Source: an uncultured Actinomycetes bacterium (lineage in GTDB: Bacteria > Actinomycetota > UBA4738 > HRBIN12). Taken from it: a stretch of DNA of 64,000 bases. The translations under genes and the position numbers were made by a program. Positions 9,624 to 19,399 of this stretch are shown piece after piece (the stretch's first letter is position 1; every line of letters starts with the position of its first letter). The stretch spans positions 2,848,001-2,912,000 of the forward strand of contig OY969934.1 in the NCBI GenBank assembly GCA_963704725.1, read 5' to 3'. The notes beneath the pieces were generated by a model. That model ran no database searches. It saw nothing but the letters and a program-made list of their open reading frames with translations, and had not been told where the DNA came from.

Positions 9624-10860
9624 GCTCCGCCGCCTCCATGCCTCCGCCGGACCAGCCCGCGGCGAGGTTGACCGGACCGAACCCCTCGGGGAGGGATCCG
9701 CTCCCGTTTCGGTCGACGACGACCGAGCGGTCGAGCTGCCACCGGTCGCGAACCGTGCCGTCCTCCGACAGGATCGCGACCACCGGGAAGTAGATGCCCG
9801 ACCGCAGCGGGATCGGCCGGATCGTGCACGTGATCTCGCCCGACGGCTTGTGGAGCGCGAGCGACGGAGACGCGGCGGCCCCGATCTCGTGGCCGCCCTC
9901 GTCGATGAAGCCGACGCAGAAGATCGCGCGGTCCAATTCCGAGTCCTCGTAGGCGATCCGGAAGTCGATCTCGGTCCCGCCCTGCGCGACCTCTCCGACG
10001 TGCACCTGCTCCACGCGCACGCCGCCCATCCCCCACCGGTTCATGCCGCGCTGCATCATCAGCTTCTTGACCTGCCCCTTCGCCCGGACCTCCTCCGGCG
10101 CCTCGCGACGCTCCATGGCGCGGCCGTACTCGAGCAGGATCGAAGGCGTGTCGCCGTCGCTCACGACCTTCCCGTGGTCGAGCCACACGGCGCGATCCGT
10201 CATGCTCCGGACGAGCCCGAGGTTGTGGGAGACGAACAGGAGCGTGCCGCCGGAGGCCCGGTACCCCTCGAGCCACGTCGCGCACTTCTTCTGGAAGTTG
10301 GCGTCACCCACCGCCAGCACCTCGTCGATGAGGAGCACCTCGGCGTCGAGCGTGGTGATGGCCGCGAACCCGATCCGCGTGATCATCCCGGCCGAGAAGC
10401 GCTTCAGCGGCGTATCGAGCTGCTCCGTGATCTCCGCGAACTCGATCACGCGGTCGATACGGCTGCGCATGGCTCGGCGGCCGAGGCCGTGCATCGCGCC
10501 CAGGAGGAAGATGTTCTCCCGGCCCGTGAGGTCGGGGTGCAGGCCGACGACGACGTCGATGAGCGCGGCCACCCGGCCTCTCGTGGCGACGTGGCCGGTC
10601 GTCGGTGCCGTCACACCGGCGATGACCTTCAGCATCGTCGTCTTCCCGGCCCCGTTGTGACCGACGATCCCCACGGAGGATCCGGCGGGGAAGGTCAGCG
10701 AGACGTCGTGGAGCGCGTCGAACGTGTCGCGCGCCCACCAGTTCGGGAACGTCCGGCGGACGAGCGAGTCGATCGGGAACGGCAGCATCTCGCGGACGCG
10801 GGCTCGGCCCACCCCGACCCGGTAGGTCTTGGTCACGGATTCCAGCGTGAGGAGATCCAT
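9616..10860 (-). CDS. wzt: Polysaccharide ABC exporter ATP-binding subunit with C-terminal extra domain
   Basis: GHNGAGKTT, LTGRENI, FSAGMITRIGF, LLIDEVLAVGDANFQKKC, VSHN; ATG at 10860. Confidence 0.9.
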   Translation of the reverse strand: MDLLTLESVTKTYRVGVGRARVREMLPFPIDSLVRRTFPNWWARDTFDALHDVSLTFPAGSSVGIVGHNGAGKTTMLKVIAGVTAPTTGHVATRGRVAALIDVVVGLHPDLTGRENIFLLGAMHGLGRRAMRSRIDRVIEFAEITEQLDTPLKRFSAGMITRIGFAAITTLDAEVLLIDEVLAVGDANFQKKCATWLEGYRASGGTLLFVSHNLGLVRSMTDRAVWLDHGKVVSDGDTPSILLEYGRAMERREAPEEVRAKGQVKKLMMQRGMNRWGMGGVRVEQVHVGEVAQGGTEIDFRIAYEDSELDRAIFCVGFIDEGGHEIGAAASPSLALHKPSGEITCTIRPIPLRSGIYFPVVAILSEDGTVRDRWQLDRSVVVDRNGSGSLPEGFGPVNLAAGWSGGGMEAAEHG

Positions 10861-11633
10861 CAGATCACGTCCGCGAACCGCGACTTGGTTGCGCCGAAGT
10901 ACCACACGCCGATCACGAGCGCCACGACCGCGCCGACGATCGAGGGCCACAGGTCGCCGAGGTCGGGCGCGTGGCCGCCGATCAGCACCCGGCGGAAGGA
11001 CATGATGAGCCCGGTCATCGGGTTGGCCCTGTAGAACGGCAGGAGGCTGTGCGGGACCTTGCTCAACGGGTACATCACCGGGGTCAGGTAGAGCCACATC
11101 TGCGTGATCAGCGGCACCGCGAGGCGGATGTCGCGGGCGAACACGTTCAGCGCGCTCCCGAACAGGATCAGCCCCGTGGCGAGCACGATCTCGATCAGGA
11201 GCAGGGGGAAGGCCCACAGCGACGTGAGTGGGAGACCGATGCCGCTCGCGATCACGACGATGATGAAGAGGACCACCGTGATGGCGAGGTCGATGAGCCC
11301 CGTGCCGATCATCGACAGCGGGATCGACGCCCGTGGGAAGGCCAGGCGCGTCACCATCGTCTGCTGCATCGCCACGCTCGGCACACCGGCCGTGAGCACG
11401 CTCGAGAAGAACGACCAGGGGGCGAGGCCGGAGAGCGCGAACAGGTAGTACGGCGTATCGCCCGACTCGACCCCGAGCGCCTTGTGGAACACCACCGTCG
11501 CCACCAACAGGCTGATGAGCGGTGGGATCACCGCCCATCCGAGACCGGCCAGCGACTGCCGGTACCTGAGCTGGTACTGCCGTCGGACGAAGGACAGCAC
11601 CAGGGTGCGTCCCCTCCACGTCTCAGCGATCAT
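10860..11633 (-). CDS. wzm: Polysaccharide ABC exporter permease
   Basis: RYRQSLAGLGWAVIPP, LNVFARDI, YLTPVMYP, NPMTGLI, C-terminal RFADVI. Confidence 0.9.
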   Translation of the reverse strand: MIAETWRGRTLVLSFVRRQYQLRYRQSLAGLGWAVIPPLISLLVATVVFHKALGVESGDTPYYLFALSGLAPWSFFSSVLTAGVPSVAMQQTMVTRLAFPRASIPLSMIGTGLIDLAITVVLFIIVVIASGIGLPLTSLWAFPLLLIEIVLATGLILFGSALNVFARDIRLAVPLITQMWLYLTPVMYPLSKVPHSLLPFYRANPMTGLIMSFRRVLIGGHAPDLGDLWPSIVGAVVALVIGVWYFGATKSRFADVI

Positions 11634-11666
11634 CCATCGACCTCGTCTCTCGTGTCGTGCGAACGT

Positions 11667-12773
11667 TCATCGGTGTCGCCCGATCAGGTGGATCCAGTGC
11701 AGCGGGACGCTCCACCTCGCCAGGTAGGACCCGCGAGCGCGGGCCCGGAGGAACTCGCGGCTGGGCAGCAGCAGCTCGGCAAGGTACACGGTCTTGGCCC
11801 GCACGCCGGGGATCGCCCTCGTCGCGGCCAGCGCCATCCCTCCGGCGCGGCGGCGCTCCGTGTAGGCACGCATCGCCCGGCGCTCGGCGCGGCGAGGGGC
11901 CCGCGCCGCGATGCGCCGGGCCGGGGCGGGCAGGTCGGCCTCCAGCTCCCGCCCCGCCACGGCGAAGGCGTGGGAGAAGGCGGCGCCGAGGTGCCACCGC
12001 TCCGCCCAGGACCCGACCCGGTCCCAGTCCACGCCGGGGTGCGCCGCCGTCTGGACCACGTCGCACAGGGGCAGCAGCAGGGGCGGCGACGCTCCGAGCC
12101 CCGCGTGCAGCGCGGCGTTGACGAGCATCCCGGTGCGGTCGAGCCGCTCCAGACGCCGCCCGGCGAGGTCGAAGGTCTCCGTGTGCCGGCACAGCTCGGC
12201 CGGGTCGAGCCACAGGCCGAACGGGCCGAGGACGAGCGTCCGGTGCAGGTCCACCTGCATCCCGGACGCGTCCGAGTGCGTGGCCGCCTTCCCGAACCGC
12301 TCATCGAAGCCGTGCCGAGGTTCGGGAAGGTCGCGGTGGTATCCGTTCGCCTCGAGCACGTCGCACGCGCGGTGCCAGTCCGCGGTCGAGACGAGCAGGT
12401 CCAGGTCGCCGAACGGGCGCATGGACGGGTCGGGGTAGACCGCGTGCGCCACCGCCGGTCCCTTCAGCACGACGACCCGGATCCCGGCGGTCTCGAAGGC
12501 GGCCGCGAGACGCAGGAGGCGCTGCTCGATCGTGAGCGCCTGCACCATCGCCGCCTGGTGGTGCGTAAGCAGACCGTCGACCTGCTCGTCGGAGAGCTCC
12601 ACCGAGCCCGATTCACAGGCGACCATGGCCACCCCCGTGAGCCGATGCAGGTCGAGCCCGGACAGCACGAGCGGCCAGCGGTCGGCCGTGACGCGGACGG
12701 GCTCGGCCGAGCCTCGAAGGCCCGCCGCGGCGATGCGACGGACCTCGGGCGCCGCGACCGGCGCGTCGCTCAC
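11667..12773 (-). CDS. Uncharacterised nucleotidyltransferase (NTP_transf_5 type)
   Basis: VVLKGPAVAHAVYPDPSMRPFGDLDLLV and VDLH motifs; GTG at 12773. Confidence 0.85.
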   Translation of the reverse strand: MSDAPVAAPEVRRIAAAGLRGSAEPVRVTADRWPLVLSGLDLHRLTGVAMVACESGSVELSDEQVDGLLTHHQAAMVQALTIEQRLLRLAAAFETAGIRVVVLKGPAVAHAVYPDPSMRPFGDLDLLVSTADWHRACDVLEANGYHRDLPEPRHGFDERFGKAATHSDASGMQVDLHRTLVLGPFGLWLDPAELCRHTETFDLAGRRLERLDRTGMLVNAALHAGLGASPPLLLPLCDVVQTAAHPGVDWDRVGSWAERWHLGAAFSHAFAVAGRELEADLPAPARRIAARAPRRAERRAMRAYTERRRAGGMALAATRAIPGVRAKTVYLAELLLPSREFLRARARGSYLARWSVPLHWIHLIGRHR

Positions 12774-13048
12774 GATCCACCCCCCCGAACCAGCCACCCC
12801 GCCGACTCGAGCTCGGCCACGAGACCCGCGACGCGCTCGTCGATCTCGGGCCGTCCGACCTCGAACTCGTCCGCGAGCGCGTCGGCGATCTCCGAGAGCG
12901 TCCGCGGCCGGTCCAGGAGCAGCCAGGCCGCCGACGCCGGCAAGGACAGGGCGTGGACGTCGGATCGCTCCGCGGTGGTCAGCACCACCTCGGCGCCGGA
13001 CCGCCTCCACAGCGCGGTCGCCGATCGACCGTAGAAGGGTCCCGTCAA
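12770..13048 (-). CDS. PqqD/RRE-family protein (copy 3)
   Basis: TTG at 13048 overlaps the upstream TGA. 92 aa with HALSLPASAAWLLLDRPRTLSEIADALADEFEV...LVAELESAGWL. Confidence 0.8.
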   Translation of the reverse strand: MTGPFYGRSATALWRRSGAEVVLTTAERSDVHALSLPASAAWLLLDRPRTLSEIADALADEFEVGRPEIDERVAGLVAELESAGWLVRGGGS

Positions 13049-14352
13049 AGCCGCACCACGTTCGAGCGGCGATCTGAGCCGAACGCGTTCCGTGCGTCGA
13101 AGAGCAGCGCGGCGTGATCCGCGATCCAGTCGAGGTCGTAGGCGCGGTGCGGCGTGAGCAGCGCCACGCAGTCGGCGGCGGCGATCTCGCGCTGGGTGAG
13201 CTCGACGCTGGACATGACCGTCCCGTTCGCCTGCACCCGGGGGGCGTGCGGGTCGTGGTACACCACGTCCGCGCCGCGACGCCGCAGCAGCGCGATCACC
13301 TTCAGCGATGGGGACTCCCGCACATCGCCCACGTCGGGCTTGTACGCCACGCCCAGCACCAGGACGCGCGCACCCTTCACGGCCTTCCCCGCCTCGTTCA
13401 GCGCGTCGCCGATCCGAGTCGCGACGTGCCGCGGCATGTGCGCGTTGACATCCTGCGCCTGCTCGAGGATCCGGAACTGGTGGCCGACGTCGCGGCGGAC
13501 CTGCCAGGCCAGGTACGCGGGATCCAGGGGGATGCAGTGCCCGCCCACGCCGGGGCCCGGGCTGAAGGGCATGAACCCGAAGGGCTTCGTCGCGGCCGCC
13601 TCCAGGACCTCCCAGACGTCGATGCCCATCTCGTGGCACAGGGTCGCCATCTCGTTCACGAGCGCGATGTTCACCTGCCGGAAGGTGTTCTCCAGCAGCT
13701 TGGACAGCTCGGCGGCCCGGGACGAGGAGACGACGACGACCTTCTCCACGAGCTGCTCGTAGAACAGCGCCGCCAGACCCGTGGACTCCGGTGAGATGCC
13801 GCCCACGACCTTCGGGGTGTTCCGCAGCCCGAACACCTCGTTGCCCGGGTCGATCCGCTCGGGCGAGTAGGCCAGCGCGAAGTCACGGCCGGCGGCCAGG
13901 CCCGTGCTCTCCAGGATGGGCCGGACGAGCTCCTCGGTCGTGCCCGGATAGGTGGTGGACTCGAGGACGATCAGGGACCCGGGCGTGAGCCGCTCGGCGA
14001 CGTCGCGCGTGGCCCGTTCCACGAACGAGAGGTCCGGGGTGTGGTCGCGGACCGGCGTCGGCACGCAGATCAGGACCACGTCGGCCCCCTCGATGGCGGC
14101 GGCGTCGACGGAGAACGTCGCGTTCCCGGCCTCGATCCCGGCCTGGAAGAGCTTCGGGTCCACGCCGGGGACCGAGAGCACGCCCGCGGCGAGGTCGGCG
14201 GTTCGACCCGCATCCGTGTCGACGCCCACCACCCGGAACCCCGCCTCCGATGCCGCGGACGCGAGGGAGAGGCCGACGTAGCCCTGACCGATGACGGCGA
14301 CGCTCGCACGCCGGGAGACGATCCGGCGCCGAAGGGATGCTGTTGCTCTCAT
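13045..14352 (-). CDS. Nucleotide-sugar (UDP-GlcNAc/GalNAc) 6-dehydrogenase, WbpA/WbpO-like
   Basis: IGQGYVG, ICVPTP, ESTTYPGTT, SPERIDPG, KLLENTFR, GPGVGGHCIPLDP, YKPDVGDVRESP. Confidence 0.93.
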   Translation of the reverse strand: MRATASLRRRIVSRRASVAVIGQGYVGLSLASAASEAGFRVVGVDTDAGRTADLAAGVLSVPGVDPKLFQAGIEAGNATFSVDAAAIEGADVVLICVPTPVRDHTPDLSFVERATRDVAERLTPGSLIVLESTTYPGTTEELVRPILESTGLAAGRDFALAYSPERIDPGNEVFGLRNTPKVVGGISPESTGLAALFYEQLVEKVVVVSSSRAAELSKLLENTFRQVNIALVNEMATLCHEMGIDVWEVLEAAATKPFGFMPFSPGPGVGGHCIPLDPAYLAWQVRRDVGHQFRILEQAQDVNAHMPRHVATRIGDALNEAGKAVKGARVLVLGVAYKPDVGDVRESPSLKVIALLRRRGADVVYHDPHAPRVQANGTVMSSVELTQREIAAADCVALLTPHRAYDLDWIADHAALLFDARNAFGSDRRSNVVRL

Positions 14353-15407
14353 CGAACGACCTCCGAGCCGATGTCCGTTGCAGAGATGTCGGCCGGACCC
14401 TCGTCGAGGGCCGGCGGTCGGTGCGGCAGGGCCCTCGCGACCCGCCGGCGAAGCTTGCGGCCGCGGACACGCGCGCCGTGTGCCGCCCGTCGGAGCTGGG
14501 TGGCAAGGCGGTACCGGCCGGCCGCGAGCCGGGCGGCCACGCCCGGTCGCGGCGCGGCGCGCTCGTACCCGAGCTCGTCCAGCAGGTCCCCCGCGAGCGC
14601 CTCGAAGACGGCGACGTCCCTGGGCGCGAGATCCCGCCGCCAGTCGCGCAGCCCCGCCGTCGGCGGCTTGTACAGGTTCCCGTGGTGCTCGTGGTGCGAC
14701 AGGCTCGGGACGAGCCGGTCGGCGCGCTCGTGGTAGCGGAGCATGCGCTCGTCGAAGTCCAGGCCGACGAACGCGCACACGTCTTGCAGGACGCGCTCCG
14801 GCGCCGCGACGAGCTCCTCGTACCGGACCTCCAGGTACCGCTCCGGCCCGAGGCGCGCCCCCACCGCGCGCCCGACCCGGACGAACCGATCCCAGTACAC
14901 GGCCGCCTGCCCCAACGTCCTCGATCCGAAGTCCGCGGCGAGGTACGACAGGGCGACGTCGCGGCCGTCCCGGATGAGGTGGACGAACCTGGCCTCGGGG
15001 AACGTCGACGCGAGGAGGTCGATGTTGAGCACGTAGCTGGGCGTCTTGTCGCCGTAGCGGGTCTTGCCGTGATGCCGGGCGTAGGTCGCGAAGACGGTTC
15101 GGATCGCCGACGGGACGTCGGGCGGCGCCTCGGCGACGAAGGCGGCCCGCACCTCGTCGCCGGGGAGCCCCCACCGGCGGAAGGCCCAATGATCGAGCAG
15201 GTCCCGGCCGAAGGCGGCGAGGTCGAACCCCGCCTCCGTCTCGTACCGGCGCCTCCGCTGGGCGAGCTGCACGACGAAGTGCGACTCGTTGGGGATGGCC
15301 ATGTCCGGGTGCGCGTCGAGCATGGCCCGCAGGAGCGTGGTGCCGGAGCGGCCGCGCGCGACGACGAACGGGAAAGACCGCTCGGGGGCCAGGGCGTCCG
15401 GGGTCAC
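14349..15407 (-). CDS. Sulfotransferase (Sulfotransfer_3 type)
   Basis: FVVARGRSGTTLLRAMLDAHP, YGDKTP, HLIRDGRDVALS, VRYEEL; GTG at 15407. Confidence 0.9.
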   Translation of the reverse strand: MTPDALAPERSFPFVVARGRSGTTLLRAMLDAHPDMAIPNESHFVVQLAQRRRRYETEAGFDLAAFGRDLLDHWAFRRWGLPGDEVRAAFVAEAPPDVPSAIRTVFATYARHHGKTRYGDKTPSYVLNIDLLASTFPEARFVHLIRDGRDVALSYLAADFGSRTLGQAAVYWDRFVRVGRAVGARLGPERYLEVRYEELVAAPERVLQDVCAFVGLDFDERMLRYHERADRLVPSLSHHEHHGNLYKPPTAGLRDWRRDLAPRDVAVFEALAGDLLDELGYERAAPRPGVAARLAAGRYRLATQLRRAAHGARVRGRKLRRRVARALPHRPPALDEGPADISATDIGSEVVR

Positions 15408-16624
15408 GCACCCTCCACGCTCGCCGGGGGCGGGATGCCGTCCTCCCGAAGTCCGGTTCCGAGCGCCGCCATGCGCCGGCGGAGCCCGGCGATCACGAAG
15501 AGCTGCCCGATCACGACCAACAACGTGACCATCGCCACCGCAACGACGATCACGCCCACCGAGGACCCGCCCTCTGAGGCCCGGGTCGACCGCGGAGCGG
15601 ACCCCACCTCGGACGCGTGGTCCTTCCCCTGTGGGGCCGAGCCGCCGGACGGCGCCACCGGCGAGCCCGTGGGCGCAGGTGCCTGGCCCCCCTTGCCGTC
15701 GCTCCCCTGCGATCCCGACCCCCCCTGCGGCGCGGTCGAAGGCGCAGGCCGGCCGGTGATCCACGCCTGGACGTAGGGGATCACCTGGTCGAGGATCTTG
15801 TTGCCGCCGCCGTAGCCGGCCCCGTGGCCCCCCTGCGCGATCAGCACGTGGTTCTCGACCCCGGCCGCGGCGAGGGCATCGCCCATCGACTGCGCCTGAT
15901 CGATCGGGACGATCTCGTCGGAGCCGTTCACGAGGACCATCGGCGGATCGGAGGGGTCGACGTGGACGATGGGCGAAGCCGCCCGCGCCGTGTCGGCGCA
16001 TGACGGGCCACCCGAGCACCCGAGGAACGTCCGTACGGCCGACCGCATGACCTCGTCGGACGAGTCCACCAGAGGACGCAGGTCCATCATCCCGGACCAG
16101 GACGCCACGACGGACACCCGGGCCCCCTGGTCGAGCGGCCCGGCTCCCATCGCGGCCACGAGCGCCGCCAGATGTCCGCCGGACGAGACGCCGATCGCCC
16201 CGAGCTCGCTCGGATCCACCTGGTACTGCGCGGCGTGTGAGCGGACCCATCGGACCGCGGACCGGACGTCCCGCACGGCGGCGGGGTACGGGAACTCGAG
16301 CGCGGACCGGTACTCGATCGAGAAGGCCGCGATGCCGTGCTGGGCGAAGTACGCCGGCACGTCCGCGTGCTTGGTCTTGTCGATCTCCACCCACTTGCCG
16401 CCCGGGATCACGATCACCGCGGGGAACGGTCCATCGCCGGGCGGCAGGTAGACGTCGAGCGCCAGCGGGATACCGCCGTGCGTCGCGAAGTGGATGTCGG
16501 ACTCGACCTGGACCTCGGTCTGGGCCGCGCTCCGTCCCGGGATCGCGAGGAGCGCGACGAGCACCGTCGCCGCCGCGACCCTCGACGCCGTCCGGCTCAC
16601 CGCCGCGACCCTCCTCACTCCCAT
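15404..16624 (-). CDS. Secreted, C-terminally membrane-anchored alpha/beta hydrolase (esterase)
   Basis: Signal peptide ending SAA-Q, LALDVYLP, IPGGKW, GVSSGGHL, NGSDEIVP, GGHG; P/S/G-rich linker, then a TM helix and RRR. Confidence 0.85.
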   Translation of the reverse strand: MGVRRVAAVSRTASRVAAATVLVALLAIPGRSAAQTEVQVESDIHFATHGGIPLALDVYLPPGDGPFPAVIVIPGGKWVEIDKTKHADVPAYFAQHGIAAFSIEYRSALEFPYPAAVRDVRSAVRWVRSHAAQYQVDPSELGAIGVSSGGHLAALVAAMGAGPLDQGARVSVVASWSGMMDLRPLVDSSDEVMRSAVRTFLGCSGGPSCADTARAASPIVHVDPSDPPMVLVNGSDEIVPIDQAQSMGDALAAAGVENHVLIAQGGHGAGYGGGNKILDQVIPYVQAWITGRPAPSTAPQGGSGSQGSDGKGGQAPAPTGSPVAPSGGSAPQGKDHASEVGSAPRSTRASEGGSSVGVIVVAVAMVTLLVVIGQLFVIAGLRRRMAALGTGLREDGIPPPASVEGA

Positions 16625-18219
16625 GACCACGCCTTCGACATCGCCTCGTCCTCCACCGCGCGGCGATCGACCTTCCCGGTGGACGTGGTGGGGAGCCCGG
16701 CCCGCACCTCGACACCCACCGGGATCATGTGGCGGGGCAGCCGGCGCGCCGCCCCCCGCTTGAGATCGAGCGCGGTCACCTCCGCCCCGTCCCTCGGAAC
16801 GACGTACGCGACGATCGCCTTCCCCCAATCCTCATGAGGAACCGCCACCGCGACCGCGATCTCGACGGCGGGATCGGCGTTCAGCGCCGCCTCGATCTCG
16901 CCGAGCTCGATGCGGTAGCCGCGGCTCTTGACCTGGTGGTCACGGCGACCGAGGAAGTCGTAGTCGCCGTCCGGTCGGAGCCGGACGAGATCTCCCGTCC
17001 GGTAGACCGGCTGGGGAAGCTCGGGCCGGAGCGGATCGCGGACGAGGACCTCCGCCGAGCGCTCGGGCCGGCCCCAGTACCCCTGCATGACCGCCGATCC
17101 CCGAACGTAGAGCTCGCCCTCCTCGCCCACGGCGGCGAGCGTCCCATCCTCCCGGAGCGCGAACACGTCCGTGTTCTCGCACGCGCGTCCGATCGGGATC
17201 GTGGCGTCGTCCTCCGGAAGATCGCGCACCGGGTAGTAGGTGCAGACGTTCGTCTCGGTGGGTCCGTAGAGGTTCCACAGGTCGGCGTTCGGAACGAGGG
17301 TGCGGAGCGCTCGCAGGTGTTTCGTGGGGTAGACCTCGCCGGCGAACACCACGGCCCGCAGGTCGGGGATCGTGTCCCCCTCACGCGACGCGCGCGTCAG
17401 CACCATGAGGGCGGACGGGACCGAGTACCACACGGTGATCCGCTCCCGGCGCACGAACTCGGCCAGGTCGCGGCCGAAGTACGCCCACTCCTCAGGGACG
17501 ACCGTCACGGTGGCGCCGCCGAACGCGGCCACGTAGAAGTCGAAGACCGACAGGTCGAAGTGGAGCGGCGCGTGGTTCGAGAAACGGTCCTCGGGGCCGG
17601 TCCCGATCGCCGACGCGCACCACTCGACGAACGTGAGGGCGTGCCGGTGCGTGAGCATGACGCCCTTCGGCACGCCCGTCGACCCGGACGTGTAGAGGAT
17701 GTAGGCGAGGTCGGTGTCGATGACGGGGATCCGCACCTCGGTCGGGCCGGAGCGCACGACGTCGTCGAACCGCACGGTCGCCAGGCCGGGGAGGGAGGCG
17801 TCACCGTCGCCGACGAGGATCGCGAGGCGCGGCCGGTGGCCCTCGAGCGCGTCGAGCAGCCCGGGTGCCCGGTCCGCGGTGGACACGATCGCGCTCACCG
17901 TGCAGTCCCTGGCGATGGCCCCGGCGCGCAGGACGGGCGATTTCGGATCGATCGGCACGTACGCCGCCCCCGCCCGCAGCACGCCGTACATCGCCGTCAC
18001 CGTCTCGACGCCCTTCGGTGCGTAGAGCGCGACGCGGTCGCCCCGGCCGACGCCCGCGTCCAGGAGCGCTGCAGCGACGGCCGCGGAGCCGCGCGCCAGC
18101 TCCCCGTACGTGAGCGATCGCCCGTGGCTGCGGATCGCCTCGTGGTCGGGCGACGAACCCGCGACCCGGTCCACCAGTTGATGCAGCGCGAAGACCGACA
18201 CCCCGTTGCTCCTCGTCAT
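16615..18219 (-). CDS. Standalone L-proline adenylation enzyme (PltF/RedM/CloN4-like)
   Basis: YILYTSGSTGVPKG, NHAPLHFDLSVFD, VWYSVPS, FAGE, NLYGPTETNVCT, YRTGD, GKVDR. Specificity code read by eye: DLFYVALVCK. Confidence 0.85.
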   Translation of the reverse strand: MTRSNGVSVFALHQLVDRVAGSSPDHEAIRSHGRSLTYGELARGSAAVAAALLDAGVGRGDRVALYAPKGVETVTAMYGVLRAGAAYVPIDPKSPVLRAGAIARDCTVSAIVSTADRAPGLLDALEGHRPRLAILVGDGDASLPGLATVRFDDVVRSGPTEVRIPVIDTDLAYILYTSGSTGVPKGVMLTHRHALTFVEWCASAIGTGPEDRFSNHAPLHFDLSVFDFYVAAFGGATVTVVPEEWAYFGRDLAEFVRRERITVWYSVPSALMVLTRASREGDTIPDLRAVVFAGEVYPTKHLRALRTLVPNADLWNLYGPTETNVCTYYPVRDLPEDDATIPIGRACENTDVFALREDGTLAAVGEEGELYVRGSAVMQGYWGRPERSAEVLVRDPLRPELPQPVYRTGDLVRLRPDGDYDFLGRRDHQVKSRGYRIELGEIEAALNADPAVEIAVAVAVPHEDWGKAIVAYVVPRDGAEVTALDLKRGAARRLPRHMIPVGVEVRAGLPTTSTGKVDRRAVEDEAMSKAWSWE

Positions 18220-18232
18220 GCGAACGCCCGCC

Positions 18233-19399
18233 TCACAGCCCGAGACGCTTGGCGATGATCCGGCGCTGGATCTCCGACGTCCCCGAGTAGATCCGCCCCC
18301 CGACCGCGTCGCGGAGCGCGCGCTCGATCTCGAACTCCGTCGTGTAGCCGTACCCGCCGTGGATCTGCACCGCGTCGAGGTGGGTCCGGACGTTCGCCTC
18401 GCTGATGAAGAGCTTGGCGATCGCGGATTCGAGCGTCGTCTCGCGGCCTTGGTCCATGAGCCATCCGACGCGGAGGGCCAGCGCGCGACCGGCGTCCACC
18501 GCGACGCGCATGTCGGCGATCTTGTCCGAGACGGACTCGAACCGCCCGATCGGCTGTCCGAACTGCCGGCGATCCTTCGCGTACCGGATGCAGGTCTCCA
18601 TCGTGCGACGCATGAGGCCGACCTGGCTCGCCATGATGCACGCGCGCTCCCACTGCATCGAGCGCATGAAGACCTCGGCCCCCCGGCCGACGCGGCCGAG
18701 GACCGCGTCGTCGGGAACGAAGCACTCGTCGAACGCGACCTCCGCCATCGGTGAGGTCCGCAGGCCCATCTTGTCGATCTCGCCGGTGGCGTCCATCCCG
18801 GGAGTGCCGCCCGGGACGATGAACGCGGTGATCCCGTAGGGTCCGATCCCCTCGCTCGTCCTGGCGAACGCGATGAGCAGGTCCGCGACCGGCGCGTTGG
18901 AGATGAACGTCTTCCGGCCCTTCAGGACCCAGCCACCCGGAGCCCGCATGGCGGAGGTCGTGATCGAGAACGGATCGGAGCCCGCGTCGGGCTCCGTCAT
19001 GGCATGGCAGCCCACGAGGGCGCCCGAGCAGAGCCCGGGGAGCCAGGTCCGCCGCTGGTCCTCGGTCCCGAAGTGCCACAGCGGAACGACGCTCGTCCAC
19101 ATGTGTGCGTTGATGGCGAAGACGAGCCCGTTGTCGACGCATCCGTAGCCGAGGGCCTCGAGCGCGAGGATGGTCGTCACGACGTCGGCACCGCCGCCGC
19201 CGTACTCCTCCGGAGCCGGCAGCCCGTGGATCCCGAACTCCCCGCACCGATCCCACACCTCGCGCGGGAAGATGGCGTCGCGATCGTGGGCGCGGACGTC
19301 GTCTCGGGGCAGGGTGCGGGCGAAGCCGACGACGGCGTCGTAGAACGCCGCCTGCTCGGGCGTCACCCACTCGAGGAGGGGCGGCGCCGTGACCGTCAC
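18233..19399 (-). CDS. Acyl-CoA dehydrogenase family, prolyl-S-PCP dehydrogenase type (PltE/RedW/CloN3-like)
   Basis: EALGYGCVDNGLVFAINAH, TEPDAGSD, KTFISNAP, MQWER, RQFGQPIG, IHGGYGY, IYSGTSEIQR; GTG at 19399. Confidence 0.85.
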   Translation of the reverse strand: MTVTAPPLLEWVTPEQAAFYDAVVGFARTLPRDDVRAHDRDAIFPREVWDRCGEFGIHGLPAPEEYGGGGADVVTTILALEALGYGCVDNGLVFAINAHMWTSVVPLWHFGTEDQRRTWLPGLCSGALVGCHAMTEPDAGSDPFSITTSAMRAPGGWVLKGRKTFISNAPVADLLIAFARTSEGIGPYGITAFIVPGGTPGMDATGEIDKMGLRTSPMAEVAFDECFVPDDAVLGRVGRGAEVFMRSMQWERACIMASQVGLMRRTMETCIRYAKDRRQFGQPIGRFESVSDKIADMRVAVDAGRALALRVGWLMDQGRETTLESAIAKLFISEANVRTHLDAVQIHGGYGYTTEFEIERALRDAVGGRIYSGTSEIQRRIIAKRLGL

